This document shows, in pieces, positions 40,500 to 53,520 of a DNA stretch of 64,000 nt (the first letter of the stretch is position 1; each line of letters starts with the position of its first letter). Under the pieces are notes generated by a model, which did no database searches, had not been told where the DNA came from, and saw nothing but the letters and a program-made list of their open reading frames with translations. A program made the translations under genes and the position numbers. This DNA comes from Felis catus. Its lineage: Eukaryota. The DNA is taken from NCBI RefSeq assembly GCF_018350175.1, contig NC_058368.1:91018001-91082000 (forward strand), in the 5' to 3' direction.

Positions 40500-41297
40500 A
40501 AGATCACTTCTCTTTTCACATCCCCTTCCCCTCCGATATACTTCTTGCACCAGCAGTAGAGTGGCAATGTGTGCTCTGTGGCTTCAACTAAGGAGAAATT
40601 GCATTTGAAGTCTGTTTACTGGCTTGTGTATGTGGTCTCAGTATCTTTCGTGTCCAGTTAAGTTACTGACTGTAGCTGTCCAGGGGCAGGAATAACGTCT
40701 AGAGACACTCCGGCCACCACCACGTCAATTCACTGTGGAATCTGCGTGGTACGCAGCTCATGGCCCTCAGATCATTGCAGAAAAAGTGGCTCAGCTATAC
40801 CTGAGGGCACAGCGGCTTCCGTATTGGCAATAGTTTATGTTTGCCTCTGAGGTTTATCTTGCAGACGGGCTCCTTTAAACACAGATCCAACTTGGGTGTT
40901 TCTTTAAAAAGGCTAAGTGTAACCAGATGGTCTGCTTGTTAAAAAGCTGTCCACGCCTCACAGCATATGGATTTCAAAATATAAGAGGTGCTAAAATAAA
41001 TTTTCAGAGACCAGGAGAGAAAGCTGAGTGCAAATGGGATGCAGAAAGTTTATTCAAAACGTTGATGAAGCTTCAATACACCAGTTGAACTGCAACTTTG
41101 AAAGTTGTTTTGGAACTCTTCGGTAAAAAAATAAGGGAGAAATTACAGACTTCTGATTTGGACAGATGCATAAAGGTACCATCTTTTTCAAATTTATGTA
41201 TTAAATAAAATTCAGGTAAAAATTAATAGAAGGCAAGAGGAGGAAAAGGAGTAAAGAAATGAGGAGAAGTAATGCCGACTTCAAAAATTTAACTGTA

Positions 41298-41510
41298 GGG
41301 GAACCTGGGTGGCTCAGTCGGTTGAGCGTCCGACTTCAGCTCAGGTCATGATCTCATGGCTCATGGGTTCGAGCCCCACATTGGGCTCTGTGCTGACAGT
41401 GTAGAGCCTGGAGCCTGCTTTCGATTCTGTGTCTCCCTCTCTCTCTGTCCCGTTCACACTGTCGCTTTCTCTCAAAAATAAATAAATGTTAAAAAAAAAT
41501 TTTTTAACAC
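41298..41510 (+). mobile_element. CanSINE
   Basis: TSD aaaaatttaa(c/t)tgta. Confidence 0.92.
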
Positions 41511-41962
41511 AAAAATTTAATTGTAACAAGAAAAGGTTTCAGATCAAACCCAAAGCAGCCATTCATTAGGAGGAAGAGATAAATATCAAAGGGAAGGAAC
41601 AGACAGGCTCTTGAAATGTTTGACATTAACTGGATTCAGTTAATGAAGAGGGGTGAATTTGATGAGCACATTGGAAAAGCATTTAAACTTCTTTCTGACT
41701 TGACATGAAATGTTGACAACATCAAAGACAACATGAAGCTCAGAATATTACCCCTGCAATAAGTAAGAATGTCAACAGGAACTGTTACTGAGTGTTCCCA
41801 ATTCAGAGAGCGTTTAAAATCAGGCTGAGAGAGAAAACTTGAAATGCCCTGAAATCCACATCAGAAAACAAACTGGATAGCAGTGTCTCCAGATTTGATC
41901 ATCTCAGTGTTCCCATTACACCACCAATAGCTTATCTAAATTATCAATAATTTGAAAATGAA

Positions 41963-42160
41963 GGGGAGCTGGGGAGCTCGGTCAGGTAAGTGTCAGCACT
42001 CTTGATTTCTGCTCAGGTCACGGTCTCACGGTTCATGACATCGAGCCCCACCTGGGGCTCAGCACTGACAGCACAGAGCCAGTTTGAGATTCTCTCTGTC
42101 CCTTTCTCTCTGCCCCTTCCCACCTCAAAATAAATAAATAAACTTTAAAAAAAATAAAGA
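41963..42160 (+). mobile_element. Older CanSINE
   Basis: Diverged SINE head and A tail. Confidence 0.85.
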
Positions 42161-42990
42161 AAATATTTCCCTCAACCTGCTCAAACCAGGATTAGCAAGC
42201 TGTCACACACAGACCCATGCTTCCTGCCACCTGGTTTCCTCCCCTCCCCCACCAACAGCTTCATTAAGATGTGATTCACATTCAAAATCGCCAGTTCATG
42301 GTTTTCAATATATTCACAGAGTTGTGCAACTATCACCACAATCAAATTTTAGAATATTGTTGTCACTCCCCAAAGAAGCCGCGTCCTGGTTAGCAGTCTC
42401 TCTGGTTCAATCCTCTCCACTCAGCCTCCACCACAGTCCTGAGCAATCACTAATCTCCTTTCTGTCTCTGTAGATTTGCCTCTTCGGGACATTTCTTATA
42501 AATGGACTCATATAATATGTGTCCTTTGTTCCTGGCTTTCTTTAATAGTATAGCATTCCTAAGACTCATCCGCGTTGTAGCGTCTATCTATGTTGTAGTG
42601 TGTGTCCATACTTTATTCCTTTTAGTGGCTAATAATCCATTGTGGAGATAACACTGTGTTTTATTTATCCATTTGTCATTCGATGGGCATCTGAATTGTT
42701 TCTGCTTTTCAGCTCTTATGAGAAACGCTGCTATGAACGTTCCTGTATGAGTTATGGGTAGATGCGTCGCTTTTCTTGGATACGTACCTGGGAGTGGAAT
42801 TGTTGAATCTTAACCGCAGCTCTCTGTCTCACGTTTTGCAAAACTGCCAGACCAGTTCCCAAAGCAGCTGCACTTTTTTTACATTTGAGCTAGCATTGTT
42901 GTGAGGGTTCTGATTTCTCCACATCCTCCCTGGAACTTGTTGTACTCTGTGTTTTTCTTGGATGTGGATGTGAAGTGTTACTTTGTTGTG

Positions 42991-43218
42991 GTTTTTTTTG
43001 TTTTGTTTTGTTTTTTAGAGAGAAAGAGAGCATGTGCATGCTTGCATGAGTGGGGAAGGGGCAGAGGGAGAGAGAGAGCGAGAGAGAGGGAATCCCAAGC
43101 AGGCTCCACACTCAGCACAGAGCCTGATGCAGGGCTCCAACCCACAAATCATGAGATCATGACCTAAGCCGAAATCAAGAGTCAGACGCTTAATGGACTG
43201 AGCCACCCAGGCACCCCC
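42991..43218 (-). mobile_element. CanSINE
   Basis: Reverse-strand SINE within L1. Confidence 0.9.
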
Positions 43219-43998
43219 TTACTGTGGTTTTGATTTCCCTAGTGATGTTGAGCATCTTTTCATCATGTGCTTAGTGGCTGTTCATATATATATATACACA
43301 CACAAACATACACACACATATATGTGTGTGTTTCTTTTGGGGGGATAGATGTTTGTTCATTTCCTCTGCATATTTTCTAATTGAGTTATTCATCTTTCTA
43401 TTATTGAGTTATAGGAGTTCTTTATATATTCTGGATACAAGTCCCGTATTGGGGTTATCAGATGGATCATTTGCAAGCATTTTCTCCCATTTTGTGGGTT
43501 GTCTTTTCAATTTCATGACAGTATCATTTGAGGCACAAAAGGTTTCAATATTGGTGAGATCCAATGTATCGGTTTTTTTTTTTCTTTTGTTGCCTGTGCT
43601 TCTAGCGTTGTATCTAAGAAATCATTGCCGTTAGGTCAAGAAGATGTATTTCTGTGTTGTATTCGGAGTATAGTCCTCACATTTAGGTTTATGATCCATT
43701 TTCAGCTGATTTTTTTGTGTGAGGTGTGAGATAGGGATCCAATTTCATCCTTCTTTGCGTGTGGATTTCCAGTCATCTCAGCACCATTATCAAAGAGACT
43801 TTTCTCTTTCCATTGAATCATCTTGTCATCCTTGTTGAAAACCAACTGACCACATGTAAGGGCTCATTTCTGGAGTGTGCATTCTGTTGCATCAATAGAT
43901 TTGTCTTTCCTTATGGGAGGGGCACATGGTCTTGATTACTGTAGTTTTGTACTAAGCTTTGAAGTAGGGAAGCATGAGTCATCCTACTTTGTTCTTTT

Positions 43999-44205
43999 TC
44001 TTTTTTTTTTTTTCCTAAAGATTTATTTATTTTTGAGAGAGAAGAGTACAAGTGGGGAAGGGATAGAGGGTGGCAGGTACAGAAGATCTGAAGCAGGCTC
44101 CACACTGATAGCAGTGAACCCAATGCAGGGCTCAAACTCATGAGCCGTGAGATCATGACCTGAGCCAAGTCTGATGCTCAACTGACTGAGCCACCCAGTT
44201 GCCCC
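43999..44205 (-). mobile_element. CanSINE
   Basis: TSD cctactttgttctttttc. Confidence 0.92.
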
Positions 44206-44825
44206 TACTTTGTTCTTTTTCAAGATTGTTCTGGCTGTTCCCAGTCCTTTGAGCTGTCAGAATGGCTAGAACCAAAAAAATAAAGAAATAACAAGTGTTG
44301 ATGAGGATGTCCATGTCAATTTTAGGAGCAGTTTCTCAATTTCTGCAAAACTCCAGTAGGGATTTTGATAAGATTACATTGAATCTAGAGTGTCGACATA
44401 CTAACAGCCTGACCCATAAAATGGGATGTCTTTCTTTTTATTTGGATCTTTATTTCAACAGTGTTTTGTAGTTTTCAGTGTACATATTTTGCACTTCCTT
44501 GACTCCATTTATTACTAAGGTTTTTTTTTTCTTTTTGGTGCTATTGTAGACAGATTTTCAGTTTCACATTCAGTTTATTCATAGAATAAAATTCACGGAA
44601 ATAACAATTGATTTTTCTATATGGATCTTGTGCCCTGCCATCTCGCTGAATTTCTTTATTGGATCTAATAGTTTTTTAGCAGATTCTTTAGGAGTTTATA
44701 TAAGATCATGTCATCTGCAAGTAGAGATAGTTTTACTTCTTCTGTTCCAGTCTGGATGTCTTTTGTTTCTTTTTCTTGGCCACTTGTCCTGGCAAGAACT
44801 TCCAGTACAATGTTATTAGAAGTCT

Positions 44826-45193
44826 TTTTTTTATTTTATTTTTTATAATTCACATCCAAATTAGCTAGCATATAGTGCAACAATGATTTCAGGAGTAGAT
44901 TCCTTAGTGCCCCTTACCCATTTAGCCCATCTCCCCTCCCACAACCCCTCCAGTAACCCTCTTTTGTTCTCCATATCTAAGAGTCTCTTATGTTTTGTTC
45001 CCCTCCCTGTTTTCACATTATTTTTGCTTCCCTTCCCTTATGTTCATCTGTTTGGTCTCTTAAAGTCCTCATGTGAGTGAAATATTTGTATTTCCCTGAC
45101 TGACTAATTTCACTTAGCACGATACCCTCCAGTTCCATCCACATAGTTGTGAAAGGCAAGATTTCATTCTTTTTGATTTCCAAGTAATACTCC

Positions 45194-45263
<70 letters not shown>

Positions 45264-45505
45264 CCACATCTTCTTTATCCATTCATCCATTGATGGACAT
45301 TTGGGCTCTTTCCATGCTTTGGCTATTGTTGATAGTGCTGCTATAAACATTGAGGTGCATGTGTCCCTTCGAAACATCATACCTATATCCCTTGGATAAA
45401 TACCTAGTTGTGCAATTGCTGGGTCGTAGGGTAGTTCTATTTTCAGTTTTATGAGGAACCTCCATACTGGTTTCCAGAGTGGCTGCACCAGCTTGCATTC
45501 CCATA
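44826..45505 (-). mobile_element. Younger carnivore L1 3' end inserted in the old L1, containing a (GT)n(AT)n microsatellite
   Basis: ORF2p C-terminus (KLKIELPYDPAIAQLGIYP); flanking tagaagtctt at ~44817 and ~45550. Confidence 0.88.
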
Positions 45506-45671
45506 CCTACATCTCTCCTACCAACCAACGTGCCAGTGGTAAATTCCCATAGAAGTCTTGTTCCTGATCACGGGGCAAGCATTCATCCCTTCGTGATTAA
45601 GCATGATGTTAGCTGTGTGTATTTCCTCAATGTCCTTTATCAGATTGAGGAAATTCTCTTCTGCTCCTTGT

Positions 45672-45674
<3 letters not shown>

Positions 45675-45718
<44 letters not shown>

Positions 45719-45722
45719 GTGT
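45675..45722. repeat. (GT)n microsatellite
   Basis: Read directly from sequence. Confidence 0.95.
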
Positions 45723-46434
45723 TTTCAGGAAAGGATGTTGAATATTGCCAGATTTCTTTTTTTGAGTCTTGCAGCAATCATACAGTTCGTTCTTTATTCT
45801 GTTAATATGGTTTATTACATTGATTTATTTTCAGATGTTAAACCTGCATTCCTGGGTAAACGTCACTTGGTCATGGTATATAATCTTTTAATATGATGTT
45901 AGATTTGGTTTGCTAGGGTTTTGTTGAGGATTTTTCCATCTGTTTTCATAAGAGATAAAGGTCTTTGTCTGATTTTGGTATCAGACTAATGCTAGCCTCA
46001 GAGAATGAATAGGGAAATTTCTTCCTCTTCTATATTTTGGAAGAGTTTTTAAAGGATTGGTATTAATTTTTCTTTAAATGTTTGGTAGAATTCACCAGAG
46101 AAACCATCTGGGATTGGGCTATAATTTGTGGGAAGTTTTAAATCACCAATTTAGCCTCTTTGCTTGTTATTCATCTGTTCTGATTTGCTATATCTTATTA
46201 AGTTGGTTTTGGTAGTCTGTGTTTCTTCTAGAAACTTCTAGAATTTAAATTATTCTTTGGTGCCATTTGCTTTCAGCCTGAATAACTTCCTTTAGTATTT
46301 TCTTACGAGGCATGCTGCTAGCAACGAAATCTCCCTGTTGCTGTTTGTGTGGGAGTATTTTTTTCACCTTTATTGTTGAGAGCTAATTTTACTGGTCATC
46401 CTTAATTAACACCACTGCCTCTGGCCTTCATTAT

Positions 46435-46657
46435 TTTGTTTTTAATATTTTTAAATTTTTTAATGTTTATTTATTTATGAGAGAGACAGAGTGTGAGTGG
46501 GGGAGGGGCAGAGAGAGAGGGAAACACAGAAATCGAGGCAGGCTCCAGGCTCCAAGCGGTCAGCACAGAGCCCTACATGGGGCTTGAACTCACAAACTGC
46601 GAGATCATGACCTGAGCTGAAGTGGGACGCTCAACCAACTGAGCCACCCAGGTGCCT
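46435..46657 (-). mobile_element. CanSINE
   Basis: Reverse-strand SINE body. Confidence 0.9.
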
Positions 46658-46835
46658 CGAGTACACATTCTTGAATAAACATTTCTCTATTTGTTGTATC
46701 GACTTTAGAACAATCTCCAGATATTTTGAGTGGTTGTTGAAAAACAAAAAAGGATTTTCACCAGTTACGTGGTTATCCTACTGAGGAGAGAGTTCACCCG
46801 GCTCCTCACAGGTCCACTGTAGATGTTTCTGTTTG

Positions 46836-46995
46836 CTGCCTGTTTTTGTAAACAGAGTTTTATCGGAACACAGTCCATTCACTTATCTGTTGTCGGTAGC
46901 CGTGTTCATGCCCCAGTGGCAGAGCTGAGTAGTTGCAACTGAGATCATGCAGCCAAAGTAGCTACTGGCCCTCACAGAAAAAGTGTGCTGAGGCA
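46836..46995 (+). mobile_element. MER58-like hAT-Charlie MITE (3' part; 5' part at ~42187-42238)
   Basis: gcctgtttttgtaaacagagttttatcggaacacag...ggcagagctgagtagttgcaac...ctggccctcacagaaaaagt. Confidence 0.7.
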
Positions 46996-47047
46996 TGGCT
47001 GCGTTATCTTTCTATTCTCAATACGGAAAACAGTTCCGCTACAAAAT

Positions 47048-47124
47048 GACATCTTGAAACTGGACGACAGCCGGGGTGCCCGGGGTCTGTTCGGCTCCTG
47101 TTCGCGAACCTGCAGTCCAGGTGT
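47048..47124 (+). pseudogene. Diverged 77-nt copy of part of ADAMTS2 exon 11 (48170-48246)
   Basis: Ungapped 59/77 identity by hand; translates [26 protein letters not shown] vs [26 protein letters not shown]. Confidence 0.85.
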
Positions 47125-47171
47125 CCTGTGAAGAGGGAATGGAGGAGTGTGCCGTCAGAATTTCAGGAAAA

Positions 47172-47382
47172 GGAGGCGCCCGGGTGTTGGTTAAGTGTCC
47201 GCCTCTTGGTTTTAGCTCAGTTCGTGATCTCATGGTTTCCTGAGTTCGAGCCCCGCATGGGGCTCTGTCATGGGGCTCTGTGCTGGCAACGCGGAGCCTG
47301 CTTAGGATTCTCTCCCTCCCTTGCTCTTTGCCCCTCCCCCACTCACACTGTTTCCGTCTCTCTAAAAAAAAAAAATACTAAA
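47172..47382 (+). mobile_element. CanSINE
   Basis: TSD agaatt(t/g)caggaaaa. Confidence 0.9.
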
Positions 47383-48118
47383 AAGAATTGCAGGAAAAGT
47401 TATGAAAAGTTGTGACAGTCAGTGAATCTGAAAAAAAATCATTGTTCTCTGCTTCCGGTTGTTTGTGGTACTGGACCCTTTTAAATTTTTAACTTTTTGT
47501 GATGGCTTTTCTTATCCTAAGTCAGTATTCCATTTCCTATCTGATCTAGTATTTTAAATTTTGTAATCTTTTTCCCTGAAATGGCCCTGAATTACATAAG
47601 CGTCTTCCCCATGGCAGGCTGGGGAGCGGTGTGACCAGATTCATGCTGTGGATTTGTGTTCCCTGAGCTCAAGTGTTCTACTCACTGTATTCCTGAATTT
47701 TTAGCATGTCAGCTTGTCAACTGACCTTCATTTCCATTATATGTCTTTGAAGTTGCCTTTTGTACGTAAACAAGTAGATCCTGTATGTCTCTGGAGTCAC
47801 TGGCTTGACCTGCCGGTTGCATCTTTATGAAAGGGCCTGGTGTGGGCTTCACCTGGGGACATGGTGTGGGGCAGGCTCTGGCGGAGGGGACAGCAGGCTG
47901 GACAAGATGTTGAGGATGGCTGGGAGACCAAGACGGTGGTCAGGGGGGAGGAGGGTGTCTTTCACCTCGCTGCACCTCCTGATGGGGCTCTGACTTTCTA
48001 GGGCGAGTAGGGTCTGCTCTCTCTCAGAACCTCTAGAGCCAAACCAATCTCAAAGGAACTGCAGGTAGAAAGGTATGGGGTGTCTGAGTGGCCCTGGAGT
48101 GGTGGGTCATAGGAGTGA

Positions 48119-48280
<162 letters not shown>

Positions 48281-51200
48281 TGAGTTGGCTGCGCTGTTTC
48301 GCGCCTTCCCGTGTGGTAGCTGAGGTCCCCAAGACCCCTCCCTGGCTGACCCTGTCCTGCAGGGTTCCTATGGGTGCATACCACTTGTGCAGAGGGTGTC
48401 CTCCTCACCATTCATGGGACAAAGCAGAGACTCCTAGAGGGGAAGGTCATGCAGCCTGCAGTGGCCAAGCCAGGCCTAGAGGCTTGGAAACCTGGTCTCC
48501 AATTCTCTGGCCTGGGGCCCTTCCCCCAACCTGGCCCACACCCTCTTCTAGACACCAGCTTCCTCTGCCCTTCTTGGTCAAGGGCATGGAGTAAGGTATC
48601 ATAGAGACAGGGAAATGGGCATAAGGAGGAGGGCCCTCATGGGCTCCAGGATTCTGGGAGCCTGAGCAGGGGAGCCGCTGTCTGCAGTCAGGCAAGAGGC
48701 AAGGTCAGGGACATGCCATTGCAGGCATGTATGGTGCAGATCGCCTAGGGAGGCTGCCCCTGGGGTCTGCCAGCTCCCACTCCCAAATGGGCTCCTCCTC
48801 CTGCCTCCCATGCAGACCCAAGGCCCTGTGCTGTGTTGTCCTCCCCCAGGGTCCTTGAATCTCCCCCATTATACCCCCACTCTGTGAAGATCTCTCAGGT
48901 CTGTGCCCTTCCTTATTCACGCCCTCCTCCACCTTGCCTCACCCATGGTGATGTGCCCATGGGCCCCTGCAGCTCTGTGAGGCTCAGGGTGCATCAGTGA
49001 GCCCCGGGCCTCAGACAGCCTACCTTGTAAGTTTATTGTGGGTGCACGTGCAGTAATGTGGGCTGAATCCCGCCCCCCTCCACGTAGACAACAGTTCACT
49101 CAGGTTTCCGTCTTCCCAGGGAGGCCCTGCTGCTGCCAGAGGACATGTGGCTTTTGTCTCTTTCTTTGGCCTTTTCAGTATTTTAAAGATCTCAATTCTC
49201 CTGAAAATACAACAAATCTGGAATTTCACTTAAAAAAAAGAGAGAGAATCTTATTTCCAGCTTTCAGACTTTCAAAGCTTCCAGCTTTCATTGCAACACC
49301 AGGCCCAACTACAGGCTAGCGGTGAATGGCTTCCGGAGCATCCAGACCCAGCCATCTTCACTCACGTCCTCCACCCACCTGGACCCCCTCGATGTTTGGG
49401 GGTGGGCCCCAAACCCTAAGCCTGAGTCCTAGGCTCATCACCCTTCTCTGGGTTCCACCATGGTCTCAGCAGGAATTGCATATGACTTTATGTACATCTG
49501 TGTTTTTCTCAGGGGCAGGTGTCTGGCTTCACATCATCTTCTCAAAGGAGCCTGTGACCCCCAAATCTAAGCCCTGCAGGTCTCTGAGGCCCATCTAGAC
49601 CCTGGTCTCTGCAGCATTTCTGGTTGCTCTGGTTGGCCAGGCCCTGAATTGGCCCCTGGGGTGCCAGAGGGGGCCAGCAATCTAGACTCTGGGGAGAGGG
49701 TTCAAGTCCACATTGGTCAGGAAGGGACCCACGACCTAGAGTCCAGCATTGGAAAAGCCCAAACCTCAGGGTCACCTGTGCTTAGGGCCAGGCACTCCAG
49801 CTGGTGCTTGGAGAACTCTAAACCTCATGCTTCTGACTAGCTCCTACCCAAGGGCTTCAGGCCCCATCCTGGTCAGGTGCAAAGTACCCTATCCCCAGCT
49901 CCTTTCAAGCACCCCTGGAGCTACTATACCTGCCTCGGGATGAGATTCAAGATTAACAAGACAGGAAGTTAGAACCTCAGAGGTCCTGGGGTGCTGGGTG
50001 AGGACAGCAAAGTTCCCGTCCCCTGGCACGGCCCTGGGGGGAGCTCACACAGGGTCAAGGCTGGGGAGGGGGGGCTCCACGTTCTGTCCTTCTCCATCTG
50101 GGCACTTGAGGGAATTTTTACCCCTCTGGCTGCCCCAGCCTCCTTGGTGGCAGCAAGGGACAGGGCAGCAGTGACAGGAGCTGTCTGCTCACACAAGCTA
50201 TCATGCCCAGAGATTAGCCAACCCCTTCCTGGTGCCGACACTCCCTCCACATCAGTGACTGTCAGACAGCGTGGATGCCTTGGCAGGAACTATGAAAACT
50301 GTTTACATCACTATCAGTGGGAGACCCGGGTAGCTACAGGGGGCCAGAGCACCTCAGAGCCCCTGGGCTCCACACAGCCTGTTTGTCATCACCTCAGATG
50401 GGCCCCACAGGCCTCCCTTTCATGCATTCTCCAGAGGGTGACTGTCTGTCCTTGTGGCTCCCTGCGCTGCTCCACAGCCTTTCCTAAATACTGGGGCCAG
50501 CGTGAAGACACCTGCACAGTTCACAGCCAGCCCTGCTCGCTGGACCCAGTCCCTCTCTGTCACCGGCTCTCCCCACTTTGTGACTGCAAAACCACAGGCA
50601 GTCTAGCATCTGACTCTTTGTTTGGTCTTCCTCCCCGACCACCCCTGAATTCTCCAGCTCACTTTCTGGTTCAGAGTTAGTGTCGGTTTCCGTTGGAGTC
50701 AGTAGGCCTCCTTCTTGCTGTTTCCCAGACAGTCGCTGGGAACTGGCTTCCCACACCTGCACCCCCTCCCGGTGATGCCCTCATTGGTGTCCTTCTCTGC
50801 GGCCCCATCAGTGGCCCTGGTGTGAATCTCAGAGCTGCTCCTCCTTTTCACCCTCCCCATCCGACACTGAGGTTTCTTCTCTCCCCACACATTTCTTGTA
50901 TCATTCTTTCCATGGACTTTCCTCCAGAAGGTGGCACGCGAGGAGGGCCCTAGGGGAGTCCCTTTTGTTGTCCACTCTGCTGTGCTGCACGTGGCTGCAC
51001 TTACCACCCCGCCACATGCACAGAGCATGACCTTTGCCCGAGTCTCAGGTAGGACCTCGGGTCCTGCCACACCTGGCAGATGGCAGCCCTGAGGCCCCCA
51101 GCTCCTCTGGGGGTGCGGTCCACCCCACTCCATCGCCCCGCCTACCAGAGGCACCTGCTGGCCCACAGCCAGAGCCTTTTCTGATCTTTGCCGTGCGTGG

Positions 51201-51499
51201 GGCCAGGCTCTGTGGATGAGCACTGCTTAGAGTCTCTGAGGTGGAGGAAAGCCAGTGAACCCAGTGTCCACTGCATGCCTGACCCTTGTTGAGAACTCGT
51301 GCGTGATTGTGCGGTTTCAGATTCTTTGGTTTCGTGCGCGATTCTGCCCGGCTGTGAAGGAGACTCCCCCAGCTCTTCCATCTTGAGATTAATGTCCCAG
51401 TAATGGCAGAACCTTAATAGCCAATCAACATCCCACTGTTGGTGCATAGTCATGGTGACAGGAGCTGGGGGGTGGGAGGGCGCCCTGAGGCCCAGCTAA

Positions 51500-52249
<750 letters not shown>

Positions 52250-52461
52250 TAGCCCAGGGTCAAAGGCCCCAAGACAGACACACCAGGGGGGTTGAAGCCA
52301 CCTGCCTCCTTTCGCTTTCTGCCCCAGTCCCAGGGGCAGAATCCTAAGAAGACCCTCGAGAGAGCTTCTCCCTTGCATGGTGCTTCTCTTGAGCAAACCT
52401 GGGAGGAAAGCAAGGGGTGCAGCCAGCCTGCCTCGCCAACACTCCACTGCTTCCCTTCCAG

Positions 52462-52595
52462 CCAAGGAGAGATGTCACCTTTACTGCCAGTCCAAGGAGA
52501 CCGGGGAGGTGGTGTCCATGAAGCGTATGGTGCACGATGGGACACGCTGCTCCTACAAGGACGCCTTCAGCCTCTGTGTGCGTGGGGAGTGCAAG
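52462..52595 (+). CDS. ADAMTS2: ADAMTS2 exon 13, 134 nt (Cys-rich domain)
   Basis: ccttccag|CC...AAG|gtgagg; (A)[44 protein letters not shown]; phase 1-0. Confidence 0.96.
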
Positions 52596-53034
52596 GTGAG
52601 GGCCGTGAGGCCAGCGGGGGGCGGGCATAGCTCAGGGTGTCAGCTTTGTGGGGTTATTGGGTGGTCTGAGGCTAAGCGTGCATAGTGTCAGAATCAGCGC
52701 CTGGAACAAGGCACATCCTGGAGGTAAGACTGAGTAGGCACAACTGATTGTAGGGTCACAGAAGCTGACTTCCTTCTTGTCTTGCTGAGAGATGAGATCT
52801 GCAAAGAAGTCTCCAGCAGAAAGCTTGGTGGAATACTACAGGCACCCCAGCCAAAGGGGGTGAGGCCAGAAGAGCAAGGAGGTGGGGTACGGGGCCACTG
52901 GACCTGTGCCCAGGGCTTCTCTCCACCCACATGGCGCCTTAGCCCACTGGAAAGGAGGCTACTGTCTGATGCAATGGCTGGGCGGCCAGGCTTCACAGTC
53001 TGCTCAGGTGGTGAAGCTAAATCCTGAGAAACAA

Positions 53035-53520
53035 AGAACAGTGTCTCCTTAATTTCCGCAGGGTTTTCATTAATGGAGGTGACTGAGTGACCCACAGAGA
53101 GGTCAATGCCTTTGAGGAAGAGTGTGTTACTTATGTTTCCTGAGGGAAACTACGCAGGGCCACACGGGGAAGCACCAGATTTGATCGGGAGGTAGAAGGG
53201 AGTGGGGGGCAGCTTAAGCCAGAGCTTTTACTGGCGCTTCCTTGGGAAAGGCAAGACGGAGCAGGAGAGACAGTTGAGGATTAGTTAGTATGAATAATCC
53301 AGGTAGGTTCCGGGCTGTAGGGGTGGTCCCTAGTTTCCTGGTACCTGGCCTTAGGATGATTTCAGGCAGGGGAAGGATCAGCTTGGTGCGTGAGAGGCAG
53401 ATAAAGGGAGTGATTGCTGGATTGTCGGTTTACCTATGAAAGGCGTGCCCCCACACCAGCCCTTTGCTGTTTCCAAGAATCAGCGTGAGGGAGGGGCAGC
53501 CTCTTCCTAGCTAGTATGTT
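53035..53520 (-). mobile_element. ERVL-class solo LTR, MER74-like (copy 3)
   Basis: atggaggtgactg...cagggccacacggggaagcacca...ggtacctggcc...; homologous to copies 1 and 2. Confidence 0.6.

Larger units (their letters stand above)
42250..46815 (-). mobile_element. Old L1 (L1MB-like), antisense, carrying further insertions
   Basis: L1 3' UTR followed by ORF2-region sequence (tttggtagaattcaccagagaaaccatctggg). Confidence 0.8.
40100..47610 (+). mobile_element. hAT-Tip100 DNA transposon fossil (Arthur1/MER69B-like), split by nested insertions
   Basis: Collinear pieces at ~40100-42185 and ~47000-47610 (ttatctttctattctc, gccctgaattacataagc) resembling the recalled consensus. Confidence 0.55.

Noticed and set aside
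49991..50680. 229-aa ORF and many other 60-200 aa ORFs in GC-rich intronic DNA
   Set aside because: No recognisable domain, often non-ATG starts, and expected by chance at this GC content.
52630..52685. Intron 13 read-through peptide [14 protein letters not shown] resembling exon 14 [11 protein letters not shown]
   Set aside because: Too short, needs a gap and has weak nucleotide similarity; likely chance.
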